Part shown: positions 48,262-59,014 of the stretch, piece after piece
Layout of the letters: each line of letters starts with the position of its first letter
Numbering within the stretch: position 1 is the first letter of the stretch
Source of the DNA: Alkalispirochaeta sp.
GTDB taxonomy: Bacteria > Spirochaetota > Spirochaetia > DSM-27196 > Alkalispirochaetaceae
Reading direction: 5' to 3'
Assembly (NCBI GenBank): GCA_965601925.1
Contig: OZ271854.1
Coordinates: 3,840,001 to 3,904,000 of the forward strand
DNA: 64,000 bases
Translations under genes and position numbers: made by a program
The notes under the pieces: model-generated
Database searches by the model: none
Told to the model about the DNA's origin: nothing
What the model saw: the letters and a program-made list of their open reading frames with translations, nothing else

Positions 48262-48857
48262 GGCAGCCCATGGAGAATTTCGCGCGTTCGCCCGTCGGAG
48301 AACTGCCGATCGATCTCTTCGGATTCCAATCCCACCAACTCGTGACTCAGGTAGTGAATCCAACGATCATCGACCGGGGTCTCTATTTCGTGCTTGCGGC
48401 AATAGTAGTCGGGTTGAATCGGTAACCGCTCTTCGGCGTAGCGACGAATCTTGTAGTCGTGCACGGCTACTTTGACGTCGCTACGGGGAATGCCCTTCTC
48501 GAGGATGACCTGCACCAAGTGATTCACGGTCCGACCGGTGTCGAAAATGTCGTCTACGAGAAGGACGCGATCGCCGTTACGGAGGTGCTCGGGACTATAC
48601 GTCCAGCCGTCGACGCTCACGCGATCACGCTCGTGGATATCCGTATAGGAACGCGCCACAACCGCTGCGTAGAACACCGGACGTTTCCCGCGTCGGACGA
48701 ACTTGAAGAACTCGCTGATGACGTTCCCCATGTACGCTCCGCCGCGCAAACTGACATAGATGATGTCCGGCACGAAACCCTCACGGTAGATCGAATGCGC
48801 GAGAGTTATGGCGTTGTTCCGAACTTGGTCGTAAGGAATGAACTCCTTTTGGCTCAT
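48258..48857 (-). CDS. Phosphoribosyltransferase family protein
   Basis: SLRGG; VLLVDDIFDTGRT PRPP loop. Confidence 0.88.
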   Translation of the reverse strand: MSQKEFIPYDQVRNNAITLAHSIYREGFVPDIIYVSLRGGAYMGNVISEFFKFVRRGKRPVFYAAVVARSYTDIHERDRVSVDGWTYSPEHLRNGDRVLLVDDIFDTGRTVNHLVQVILEKGIPRSDVKVAVHDYKIRRYAEERLPIQPDYYCRKHEIETPVDDRWIHYLSHELVGLESEEIDRQFSDGRTREILHGLP

Positions 48858-50323
48858 CGCTGTAATCCTATCTGGATTTCGTTGTCGTCGCGAATGATCG
48901 TAAACAGGACGTTATTCCTACTTTCGTTGATGATCCGGAAAAACTCCACCATGCGCGCCACCGGCTCCCCGTCGACCTCCGTTACGAGATCACCGGCGCG
49001 CAGTCCGGCGACCGCGGCGGGCGTTCGATTTTCGACGGTACTGATCACCACGCCTTGGACGCGTCCTTCGAGCTCGAGTTCCTCTCGAAGTTCTTCGGTG
49101 AGGGGATAGACGGTGAATCCGGGCCACAGTCGCGTATTAAGGTTTGCGATCTGTCGCTCCGACTCGCGCTCGGCGATTCTGACTTCGACCGTGATCGGCT
49201 GGCCGTATCGGATGACGTTGAAGGTAGCGACTTCGCCGACGGGAAGTTCGCCGACTTCTAAGACGAGCTGATCAGAATCCTCTACCTCGATGCCGTTGAT
49301 GATCGTCACGAAGTCGCCCGGCAACAATCCGCCGCGTTCCGCCGGTGAGTCGAGAAACACGTGGTGAACCAAAGCGCCTTCGGAGCTCGGTAGATCCATC
49401 GCCTCGACGATCTCGTCGGAGACGCTCCGTATGCTTACTCCGAGCCAGCCGTATCGTACCGAGCCGGTCTCGATGAAGTCGTCTATCGAGCGTTTGACGT
49501 TGTTAATGGGGATCGAAAAACCGAGGCCGACGCTCCCGCCGGTCTGCGACGTGATCCACGTGTTGATACCGACGACTTCCCCCGAGAGGTTGAGGAGCGC
49601 GCCGCCGCTGTTGCCGCGGTTGATCGCCGCATCGGTCTGAATGAAATCGCTGATATTTCCATCCGGCCCGCCTCGACGTCCCAGGGCGCTCACTATGCCG
49701 GCGGTCACGGTCGATTGAAAGCCGAAGGGGGTCCCGATCGCCAGCACCCAGTCCCCTACTTGGAGGGTGTCGGAGTCGCCCAGCACGGCAACGGGAATCT
49801 CCTCGGAGGACTCGAATGACACCAGCGCCAAATCCTTGCGCGTATCCTGACCGACGATTTCGCCGCGAAACTCGCGCATATCGTCAAGAGTGATCGTGAT
49901 GTCGTCGGCGCTTCCTACGACGTGTTCGTTTGTCAGGACGTAGTAGGTGTCGTCGTCACGGCGGACGATGACGCCGGACCCGAGCCCCTGAGTGCGAAAC
50001 TCGCGCTCGCCGTCGGGGCTATCGAGGTCGGGTTCACCGAAAAAGAAATCGAACCACGGCGTGTTATCGCCGTCGTCGGTAAGGGACTGCCGACGAACCT
50101 CTTCGACATCGATGCGAACGACGCTCGGAAGCGACGCGGCCGAAACTTCCCGAAATCCGTCTTGGAGGGATTCCAACTGCGCACGCCCCGCCGACGGTTG
50201 GTTTTGGGCGGCGACGCGCGACACTTGATCTACGCCGGTTGAGCATGAAAAGAGGCCCACGGAGATCACGAAACCGGTGATAAGTCCGATGAGCAGTACA
50301 TTTACGATCAGCAGTTTTTTCAT
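48854..50323 (-). CDS. htrA: Do/HtrA family serine protease with two PDZ domains
   Basis: GSGVI, LTNEHV, DLAL, IQTDAAINRGNSGG. Confidence 0.95.
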   Translation of the reverse strand: MKKLLIVNVLLIGLITGFVISVGLFSCSTGVDQVSRVAAQNQPSAGRAQLESLQDGFREVSAASLPSVVRIDVEEVRRQSLTDDGDNTPWFDFFFGEPDLDSPDGEREFRTQGLGSGVIVRRDDDTYYVLTNEHVVGSADDITITLDDMREFRGEIVGQDTRKDLALVSFESSEEIPVAVLGDSDTLQVGDWVLAIGTPFGFQSTVTAGIVSALGRRGGPDGNISDFIQTDAAINRGNSGGALLNLSGEVVGINTWITSQTGGSVGLGFSIPINNVKRSIDDFIETGSVRYGWLGVSIRSVSDEIVEAMDLPSSEGALVHHVFLDSPAERGGLLPGDFVTIINGIEVEDSDQLVLEVGELPVGEVATFNVIRYGQPITVEVRIAERESERQIANLNTRLWPGFTVYPLTEELREELELEGRVQGVVISTVENRTPAAVAGLRAGDLVTEVDGEPVARMVEFFRIINESRNNVLFTIIRDDNEIQIGLQR

Positions 50324-51108
50324 GAAAGGGAAACCTCCGGAGTCAAATGTACCGTCTCGTTGCTCCGTCGGGTGAGCACTTCGGTAGAATCGCGAAAAAT
50401 CGCCACGGTATGCTCAAAATGGGCGGAGATCGCGCCGTCGTCGGTGACGACCGTCCAATCGTCGTCCAACACGTCGACATCGTCGACGCCGAGGTTCACC
50501 ATTGGTTCGATTGCGATCACCATGCCCGGTTTGAGGCGCGGGTTGGGACCGCGGCCGATGTAGTTCGGTATCTGCGGATCCTCGTGGATGGCGAGTCCGA
50601 CGCCGTGTCCGCAATAGGGACGGACGACACCGTAGTTGTGTTCGCTGATCGTACGATAGATGGCGCGGGAGATATCGTTGACCCGATTCCCGGCAACCGC
50701 TGCGGCGATACCCTCCTCCAAGCTGGTTCGCGTGACTTCCAGGAGACGCTCTATGGCGCCCGATACGGTTCCGACCGGCACCGTCACGGCGGAGTCGCTG
50801 AAGTAGCCGCCGTATTCGATGCCGCAGTCTATACTCACCACATCGCCGTTTTTCAGCAATCGATCGCCCGGGATACCGTGAATCACCTCGTCGTTGACCG
50901 ACGCACATATGGCCCCGGGAAAGCCTTGATACCCGAGAAACGCCGGTCTTCCGCCGCGTGCGGCAATTTCTCGGCGCGCGATTCGGTCGAGCTCGCCGGT
51001 CGATATACCGGCGGCGACCTCACCCTCGAGATGCTCCAGAACTTCGGCCAGAAGTCGGCACGACTCCCGAATTCCGGTCATCTGCCGGGCCGTTTTGATT
51101 CGAATCAT
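50320..51108 (-). CDS. map: Type I methionine aminopeptidase
   Basis: HGIP, SIDCG, GHGVG, HEDP, IEPM, SAHFEHT. Confidence 0.98.
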   Translation of the reverse strand: MIRIKTARQMTGIRESCRLLAEVLEHLEGEVAAGISTGELDRIARREIAARGGRPAFLGYQGFPGAICASVNDEVIHGIPGDRLLKNGDVVSIDCGIEYGGYFSDSAVTVPVGTVSGAIERLLEVTRTSLEEGIAAAVAGNRVNDISRAIYRTISEHNYGVVRPYCGHGVGLAIHEDPQIPNYIGRGPNPRLKPGMVIAIEPMVNLGVDDVDVLDDDWTVVTDDGAISAHFEHTVAIFRDSTEVLTRRSNETVHLTPEVSLS

Positions 51109-51126
51109 TGCGGCATCGTAGCACTT

Positions 51127-52818
51127 TCATTGGAGGGGTGCAAGGATTGCTCGATACGTGTAAAGCAAATCCATGTCAGGATTTACGTCGATTGCTCGGT
51201 CCACCACGATGCGCGCTCGTGCACCGTCGCCGGACAGACGCGCAAGCTCAGCTTCCAGTAGTGCAAGATGCACCGAGGCGCGTCTTCGGGTCTCCGAATG
51301 GCGAGCGCTCTCGCGATTCAATTGACGCCGAAACGCTTCGACGGCGTGTTCAGCCTCGTGTAACGGAAGGAAGCGCATCGCGAAGAGGGCGCGATTGTAC
51401 GCACCGGTCCACGACTCGTGATCGAGCAGGGACACGAGCTCCTCCGCCTCGGCAAGCCTACCCTGCTCCACCATGTGCATCAGATGCGCCGTCGCCGCCC
51501 AGCTCCCGGCGTCTGCGGTGTAACGACCCCTCAGATCGGATAGGCCCGCCGTGTCGTTGCGTGCGACAAGAAAGCGTGTGAGATAGTGGGCGACGATCGT
51601 CGCCTCGGGATGGTCGTTCAAATAGGACCACAGGTCGCTCTCGAGCCGTGCTACCGGCTCTCGCGTTCCCAGGAGTGCCCTCACCAGGAGCCAATTGCGA
51701 TCGCGTCGCATCGCCTCTGTGGCGGTCCCGATGACCGCCGGAGCGATAACTTCCGCCGCCTCCAGTCGACGACCACTCGCCGTGAGCAGGCCTGCAAGGG
51801 CGCCGCGAAGTTCGACCGACTGCGGATGACTCACAACGCCGGATCTGAGAATCGGAATGGGATCGCCGTCGCCGAGGCGTAGCGTGATGGCGCCGTCGTT
51901 GAGGTACGGAAGTTCCGCGAAATAGGGGTGTGCCGTGTGCACTTCCCGATAGAATCTCCGCGCCGCATCCAGTTGCCCCTGCTGCAGCATCCCCTCGCCT
52001 TGAATGAGGAGGATCGCCGGTTCCACGGCGCGCCGACCGGAGAGCGATGCGAGCTGTGCAAAGAGCCAATCGACGTCCTCCAGCCAGACCGCGAGATATA
52101 GTGGAGCCGATTCGTATTCCGGATCGGGCATCCGTCCCGAGCGCCTCAATTCGTCGACGGAGGTTCGGGCGACTTCGCGACTTCCGTCCCCGGCCGCCTC
52201 CAATGCCGCGTTTACGCCATACGCCGACACACCGGTCACTTCCCACGCGTCCCACAAGAGCTCCGCAGACGGCTCGCGCGTTGCACGCCCGACCGTCCTT
52301 AGGACGCCCATACCCTCCGGTGCATCGCCGAACGCTGCAAGTCGTTCGGCAGATAAAACCGGCTCGTCGATATCGAGAGCGGATAGGATGTGAAGGTATT
52401 GGCGAAGCTCTCCCGCCGCTTCGGGCGCTCCCAGAAGGTCACGCGCCTGCTCGTATTGGCCCAGGCGAATCATCGCAAACGCGGCGGCTTGAATCCACGT
52501 ATCATCGCGTGGAAAACGATCGGCGGCCAACAAGGTAACGTCACGTACGCTCGGCCATCGCTCATCGTCGGAGAGATTCCAGGCGAGCTGAGCGAGTTGG
52601 CGCCACTCAGGTGCACGGCGCGCAAAACGCGACGCATCGAGCAGTTGTTCGCGATCGGCGCCGCCGGCATCCATACGGCGCACGATGCGCCCGAACCAGA
52701 TCGAATCGCGGATGGAGGAGATCGATACGCCGATGACGAGCGAGGTGGCTATAGCCAGACCGAGCGCGGCACCGAAAAATATCAACGTCTTGTGTCGCGC
52801 GCTCCGGTACGGCACCAC
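51127..52818 (-). CDS. Membrane-anchored TPR-like hypothetical protein
   Basis: N-terminal TM; Ala-rich helical repeats; fills the nusB-map interval. Confidence 0.72.
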   Translation of the reverse strand: MVPYRSARHKTLIFFGAALGLAIATSLVIGVSISSIRDSIWFGRIVRRMDAGGADREQLLDASRFARRAPEWRQLAQLAWNLSDDERWPSVRDVTLLAADRFPRDDTWIQAAAFAMIRLGQYEQARDLLGAPEAAGELRQYLHILSALDIDEPVLSAERLAAFGDAPEGMGVLRTVGRATREPSAELLWDAWEVTGVSAYGVNAALEAAGDGSREVARTSVDELRRSGRMPDPEYESAPLYLAVWLEDVDWLFAQLASLSGRRAVEPAILLIQGEGMLQQGQLDAARRFYREVHTAHPYFAELPYLNDGAITLRLGDGDPIPILRSGVVSHPQSVELRGALAGLLTASGRRLEAAEVIAPAVIGTATEAMRRDRNWLLVRALLGTREPVARLESDLWSYLNDHPEATIVAHYLTRFLVARNDTAGLSDLRGRYTADAGSWAATAHLMHMVEQGRLAEAEELVSLLDHESWTGAYNRALFAMRFLPLHEAEHAVEAFRRQLNRESARHSETRRRASVHLALLEAELARLSGDGARARIVVDRAIDVNPDMDLLYTYRAILAPLQ

Positions 52819-53232
52819 CTACGCCCCGTCGGATCCCAATCGCTTGCGCATCCCGTCGAGAACGCCGTTGATAAAACGATACGCCTCCTCGGTCGACAGC
52901 TCTTTTGCCAGCTCGACCGCTTCGTCGATCGTCACCTGCGGCGGTATCTCCGGTTGAAAACGGAGGCTGTACGCGCCGACTCTCAGGATCGCCAGGTCCA
53001 CGCGCGCCAGCCGGTCGATATCCCAGTGCTCCAATTGATTTCGGATGAGGTCATCGACGGCCTCTCGCTCTTGGATAACACCCTGCACGATGAGACGTGA
53101 GAAGGTTAAATCCTCTCCACTCTCGTGTTCGTACCAGGGAAACGAAAGCAGGATTTTCTCGTCGGTATTTCCGACGTCCCAACTATACAATGCCTGTACG
53201 GCGAGGCGACGTCCCTTTCTGCGCGATGCCAC
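52819..53232 (-). CDS. nusB: Transcription antitermination factor NusB
   Basis: RRKGRRLAVQALY, DLAILR, IDEAVELAK, FINGVLD. Confidence 0.97.
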   Translation of the reverse strand: MASRRKGRRLAVQALYSWDVGNTDEKILLSFPWYEHESGEDLTFSRLIVQGVIQEREAVDDLIRNQLEHWDIDRLARVDLAILRVGAYSLRFQPEIPPQVTIDEAVELAKELSTEEAYRFINGVLDGMRKRLGSDGA

Positions 53233-53238
53233 CGACGG

Positions 53239-54288
53239 CTACCAGTCGAGGTTTTCCTCGAACCGTGTGATCTCCGCCTCTTCCTCGAGGCGTCGCAGCG
53301 TCGATTCGACGGATTGTTGGAAAATCTCCTGTTGTCGCAAGTTGAGTATGTAGGCCCTGATCTGGTCGCGCACCGTCACGTTCTCGCCCGGAAGCAACGG
53401 GTCGTCGAGATCGAGCAACCGCGGCGATCGTCGGTCGGTCACGCGAATGATGTGGAGCCCCGCACTGCTCTCCAAGACGCCGGAAACCTCTCCCTCCTCG
53501 AACTCGAACGCGCCGTCTACAAACTCGCGTCCGAGGCGCTGGAGCGCCTGCTGCTCTCCCCTGACCAGGTATCCGAAGTCGCCGCCGGCGTATCGCACGT
53601 CGTCGAGCGATTCCCTGAGCAACGTATCGAAATCGGCGGTCCCGCGCTCGACGCGGCGCGCGAAGGAGTCGGCCAGGCGACGTGTTTCACCCCGTTGCGC
53701 GTCGTCTTGGCCCCTGAGATCGAAGAAGAGGTGGTCGAAGCGCACCATCGCCGGGTTGGTGAACTGGCGCGCATTCTCTTCGTAGATCTGGCGGATCTCA
53801 CGCGTCGACGGTTCGGCGATTTCGCTGAACTGACCCTGAGACTCTTGGAGGATGAGTTTTTCCTGCGTGAGCCTGTTGGTGATTTCCTCAAGGTAGCGCT
53901 CCCAACTCAGCCCCATCTGATCCTGGACGATCTGGCGAAACTGGGCGTCCGAGACGGGCCGTCCGATCGACTGTCTCTGTGCCGTTACGGCTTGATCAAT
54001 TTCGGCTTGAGTGACGCGAACATTGGCACGCGCGGCCGCCTGATTGAGTAGCACGTCGCCGATCTGAGCATCCAGCACCTCGCGTCGGTTTTCGAGCGTT
54101 AGTTCGCCGCCCAGTTGACGCTCCAGGAGTTCGACTTGTTGGCGGAGCTCGCGTTGACCGATATTCACCGTTTCCGTGAGACGAACGATCGCCACCGGGC
54201 GATCCAATATTTGAGCGGATAGCAGCCCGCTTGAGATTACCATCAGAAAAAAGAACAAAAATCGAACAGATCCGATTTCACGTTTCAT
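53239..54288 (-). CDS. SurA-like parvulin peptidyl-prolyl isomerase
   Basis: Signal peptide from ATG 54288; SurA-N-like helices; GGDFGY, SGVLESSAGLHII. Confidence 0.82.
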   Translation of the reverse strand: MKREIGSVRFLFFFLMVISSGLLSAQILDRPVAIVRLTETVNIGQRELRQQVELLERQLGGELTLENRREVLDAQIGDVLLNQAAARANVRVTQAEIDQAVTAQRQSIGRPVSDAQFRQIVQDQMGLSWERYLEEITNRLTQEKLILQESQGQFSEIAEPSTREIRQIYEENARQFTNPAMVRFDHLFFDLRGQDDAQRGETRRLADSFARRVERGTADFDTLLRESLDDVRYAGGDFGYLVRGEQQALQRLGREFVDGAFEFEEGEVSGVLESSAGLHIIRVTDRRSPRLLDLDDPLLPGENVTVRDQIRAYILNLRQQEIFQQSVESTLRRLEEEAEITRFEENLDW

Positions 54289-54301
54289 AGCATCAACCTT
54301 A

Positions 54302-55102
54302 TCATGCCGTTTCAAAATATCCGAGTTCCTGCTGTAACTTCTTGACGCCCGCCAAGTGTTGATCGAGGGTAAGACCCCGCTGTAGCGATCGGAACGCCGC
54401 GCGCCGATCTCCCTGTTGAAGATGCATTTCCGCCGCCTTCTTGTAGCAGAATGCCGTCTCTTTTCGTGGAAGATCCCAACCGATCATCTGGTTGAGACAA
54501 CTCAAGACCTCTTCCGGCGATGCGACATCGGGCATCTTGAAGCATACCACCGTTCTGAGGCGCTCGTACACGTCCTGCATGAAGTGGCGAAAATACGGCC
54601 GTTGTCGCTCAAAACGCACGATCGCCGAAAGGAGTTGAAAGGCCCTCCCGTATTCCTCGCGCGATTCGTACTCCTCGGCAAGCAGAAAGGCGCAGTCCAT
54701 GAAGTCTTCCCGACCGAGATACGCGGACAGCTCAAAATCTCCGGTAGCGACCAACGAATCGTAGATCTGGAGCGCCTCGTCGGGATTGTCATGCAACAGA
54801 TCGTAAAATACCAGCTTCGATTGCGACTCCTGGTCGTCGCGGCGGGAGCGTAGAAATTCAGCGTAGTCAAACTCGTGCGCACCGTCTCTTCGAATGCCGT
54901 GTATTCGATCGTAGTCCTCGCGCCGGGCCGGATCTCTGAGTATCTCCCACGCTATGACCAACGCCTTCATCCGCTCGACACTCTGCGGGTCGCCGTTGTT
55001 GAGGTCGGGATGGACGGCCTTTACTCGGCGGCGATAGGCGTCCTTGATTGTCTGCTGCGATGCGTCGGACGGGACACCAAGGATGTGATAGTAGGTGTTC
55101 AA
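54302..55102 (-). CDS. J-domain (DnaJ-like) protein with TPR-like C-terminus
   Basis: YYHILGV, HPD, AWEILRDP..REDYD. Confidence 0.88.
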   Translation of the reverse strand: MNTYYHILGVPSDASQQTIKDAYRRRVKAVHPDLNNGDPQSVERMKALVIAWEILRDPARREDYDRIHGIRRDGAHEFDYAEFLRSRRDDQESQSKLVFYDLLHDNPDEALQIYDSLVATGDFELSAYLGREDFMDCAFLLAEEYESREEYGRAFQLLSAIVRFERQRPYFRHFMQDVYERLRTVVCFKMPDVASPEEVLSCLNQMIGWDLPRKETAFCYKKAAEMHLQQGDRRAAFRSLQRGLTLDQHLAGVKKLQQELGYFETA

Positions 55103-55104
55103 CG

Positions 55105-55515
55105 CTACAGTTTGAGGCGGCCCGCGATCATCGCCGCCTCCTCCCGGGATCGCAAAGTCTCGGAAAATCTTATAAAGAGCCCTTCGTGCTCCAAGGTCGC
55201 CATCAGCCTGCTCAACGCTTTTTGAGCGCCGAATGGACCGTTGGTAACGAAGGCGAAGCTCTTCTTTCCGCCGATCATGCCGGCGTTCGACAAGTACTCG
55301 GTGATTCGAGCGTCTATTTTACCGCCGAACAGCGACATACTCGCCGTACCGACGGCAATGTAACCGTACGCGGTGAGTTTGGTGTTGACGTCGCGATCAC
55401 CGTCGACTAAATCGACTTGGTGGCCGGCCTTCTCGAATCCGTCGACAAGTCCGCGGGCGATATCCGCCGTCGCCTCTCTTTTTCCGCCGCCGAAGAACAG
55501 TACCGCGACTCGCAT
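55105..55515 (-). CDS. Flavodoxin-fold hypothetical protein
   Basis: Beta-alpha pattern RVAVLF..GHQVDLVD..YIAVG..GKKSFAF. Confidence 0.65.
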   Translation of the reverse strand: MRVAVLFFGGGKREATADIARGLVDGFEKAGHQVDLVDGDRDVNTKLTAYGYIAVGTASMSLFGGKIDARITEYLSNAGMIGGKKSFAFVTNGPFGAQKALSRLMATLEHEGLFIRFSETLRSREEAAMIAGRLKL

Positions 55516-55521
55516 GGCACG

Positions 55522-55857
55522 CTACTCGCTGACGGCGTCCTCGTCGTCGGTGACCCACCACTCCACTACGTCGCCGGACTCCGATTCTTGGCGGCGTGCG
55601 GCCGCTTCAACGTCTCCGGAGTCGGGCGTTCGGTTAAGAAGCGCAAGACCGAAGGAACTGAGAAGAAACACGGCGGCGAGTACGCTGGTCGCACGCGTCA
55701 GAATGTTGCCGCTGCGATTGCCCACCTGTGACGAACTGCCGCCACCGAAGATGCCACCCAGACCGTCGCCGCCCTCGTCCTGCACCATCACGACGAGAAT
55801 AAGCAGAATCGCGGTGACCACAAATACAATCATTAACAGAATTCCAAAAAGACCCAT
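55522..55857 (-). CDS. secG: Preprotein translocase subunit SecG
   Basis: Two TMs; VMVQ..GLGGIFGGG; LTRAT; GAGG RBS; follows tpiA. Confidence 0.92.
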   Translation of the reverse strand: MGLFGILLMIVFVVTAILLILVVMVQDEGGDGLGGIFGGGSSSQVGNRSGNILTRATSVLAAVFLLSSFGLALLNRTPDSGDVEAAARRQESESGDVVEWWVTDDEDAVSE

Positions 55858-55864
55858 TACATCC

Positions 55865-56617
55865 TCACGTATCAAACTGCGCTATAGGTACAAAGGTATC
55901 AGCCTGTAAGGATGCACCACCGACGAGGGCTCCGTCAATATTCTCTTTGGCCATAAGCCCTTTGACATTGTTCGGTTTGACCGATCCGCCGTACTGGATT
56001 ACGACGCGTCCGGCGACCGGCTCGTCGTACAAGTCGGCCATGATGCCGCGTACCGCCGCGTGAACGGCATCCGCATCATCCGGAGTCGCCGTCTTTCCCG
56101 TACCGATCGCCCACACCGGTTCGTATGCGATCGTTATATTGCCGAGAGCGGCAGCGGGGACTCCCGCGAGCCCTCCGGACAGTTGTCGACGATTGATCTC
56201 ATCGACTCGCCCCGTCTCGCGCTCTTCCAGCGTTTCGCCGATACAGAGGACGACGTGCAAATTCTCCTCCAACGCCAACTTGACTTTGGCGTTAATGAGT
56301 TCGTCCGACTCGCCGTATACGTGCCGTCGCTCGGAATGGCCGAGCACGACGACCGTCGCCCCAACGTCCTTGAGCATCGCCGGCGATATCTCACCGGTAT
56401 GCGCGCCGCTGCGTTCGGCGGCCATATTCTGAGCGCCGACTTCGATCGGACTCCCCTGCAATACCGATGCCACGGTCTCGATACTCGTGAACGGCGGCGC
56501 GACCATGATGCGGTGCGTCGTATCGGTCAGTTGTCCCTTGAGCGCCGTAGCGAGTTCCTTCGCCTCGACGCGGGTCATGTGCATTTTCCAGTTGCCGGCG
56601 ATAAATGGTGTTCTCAT
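55865..56617 (-). CDS. tpiA: Triosephosphate isomerase
   Basis: AGNWKM, GHSERR, AYEPVWAIGTG, YGGSV, LVGGASL. Confidence 0.98.
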   Translation of the reverse strand: MRTPFIAGNWKMHMTRVEAKELATALKGQLTDTTHRIMVAPPFTSIETVASVLQGSPIEVGAQNMAAERSGAHTGEISPAMLKDVGATVVVLGHSERRHVYGESDELINAKVKLALEENLHVVLCIGETLEERETGRVDEINRRQLSGGLAGVPAAALGNITIAYEPVWAIGTGKTATPDDADAVHAAVRGIMADLYDEPVAGRVVIQYGGSVKPNNVKGLMAKENIDGALVGGASLQADTFVPIAQFDT

Positions 56618-56636
56618 TCCTCTTCTCCACTGAAAT

Positions 56637-56659
56637 GGCCCGACGTCTCGCGTCGGGCC
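56637..56659. other. Intergenic stem-loop between pgk and tpiA
   Basis: GGCCCGACG-TCTCG-CGTCGGGCC perfect 9-bp stem; weak U tract. Confidence 0.55.
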
Positions 56660-56676
56660 GATTTGAATATGGGCGC

Positions 56677-57855
56677 TTAGTCTTGAAGCGCCACGATTCC
56701 CGGGAGCGCTTTCCCTTCGAGAAACTCAAGAGAGGCGCCGCCGCCGGTCGATACGTGGTCCATCCGATCGGCAAGACCGAACTGATTCGCCGCGGCGACC
56801 GAGTCTCCCCCACCGACGACCGTAGTCGCATCGGCCTCGGCGATCGCCTCGGCAACCGCCTTCGTTCCGGCGGCAAAGCGTTCGAACTCGAAGACGCCCA
56901 ACGGGCCGTTCCACACGATGGTCCGTGCATCGCCGACCGCTTTGACCGCTGCGGCGATCGTCTTGGGCCCGATGTCGAGGGCCATCTTATCGGCCGGAAT
57001 GGCCCGTCCGTCAACCGCCTCCGCTGTCGCCTCGGCATCGAATGTCGCCGCAACGACGTGGTCGAGGGGTAGAATGACGTCGACCCCGCGCTCGGCCGCA
57101 GCGGCGAGAAAGCGACTCGCGGTATCTATGTAGTCCTCTTCGACCAAACTCGTGCCGACCTCGGTTCCCTGTGCTTTCAAAAAGGTGTAAGCCATGCCGC
57201 CGCCGATGATGAAGCTTGCACAGTTGGGAAGGAGGCTCTCCAGCACGGCAATCTTGCTGGACACCTTTGCGCCGCCGATGACGGCAACCATCGGTTTGGC
57301 GGGGGCGTCGAGTACGGGCTGAAAAAAGGAGATCTCCTTTTCGATAAGAAAGCCGGCGCACGAGGGAATGTGGTGCGCGACGCCCTCGGTAGATGCGTGG
57401 GCGCGGTGCGCGGTACCGAATGCGTCGTTGACGAACACATCGCCCAAACCGGCCAACTTCTCGGCAAACGCGGTGTCGTTATCGGTCTCCTCTTTGTAGA
57501 AACGAACGTTCTCCAAGAGGAGGATGCCGCCGGGCTTCAACTCCCGCGCCTTGGCTTCGACCGACTCGCCGATTACGTCGTCGGCGATCTCGACCGGTGT
57601 ATCGAGGAGTTCCGAGAGGCGCTCCCCCACGGGACGGAGGCTGAACTCGGGCTTTTTCTGCCCCTTGGGCCGCCCAAGATGACTCATCAAGATGAGATGA
57701 CAGCCTTGATCGAGAATGTATCGAATCGAAGGGAGTGCCGCGCGAATGCGCGTATCGTCGGTGATCTTCCCATCCTTGAGCGGCACGTTGAAATCGGCGC
57801 GCATGAGAACGCGCTTTCCGGTGATATCGGTATTCTTGAGGGTACGCAAACTCAT
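56677..57855 (-). CDS. pgk: Phosphoglycerate kinase
   Basis: ATG 57855; RADFNVP, SHLGRP, DAFGTAHR, GGAKVS, STGGGASLE. Confidence 0.98.
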   Translation of the reverse strand: MSLRTLKNTDITGKRVLMRADFNVPLKDGKITDDTRIRAALPSIRYILDQGCHLILMSHLGRPKGQKKPEFSLRPVGERLSELLDTPVEIADDVIGESVEAKARELKPGGILLLENVRFYKEETDNDTAFAEKLAGLGDVFVNDAFGTAHRAHASTEGVAHHIPSCAGFLIEKEISFFQPVLDAPAKPMVAVIGGAKVSSKIAVLESLLPNCASFIIGGGMAYTFLKAQGTEVGTSLVEEDYIDTASRFLAAAAERGVDVILPLDHVVAATFDAEATAEAVDGRAIPADKMALDIGPKTIAAAVKAVGDARTIVWNGPLGVFEFERFAAGTKAVAEAIAEADATTVVGGGDSVAAANQFGLADRMDHVSTGGGASLEFLEGKALPGIVALQD

Positions 57856-57883
57856 GTCGAACTCCGTTTGAATAGTGTGGGTC

Positions 57884-57925
57884 AAAAACGAAACGGCCCG
57901 AATGCTCGGTGGAACATCGGGCCGT
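57884..57925 (-). terminator. Terminator or attenuator after gap
   Basis: Minus strand ACGGCCCGA..TCGGGCCGT followed by TTCGTTTTT. Confidence 0.65.
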
Positions 57926-57941
57926 ATCTCGAACGGTTGTA

Positions 57942-59014
<1,073 letters not shown>
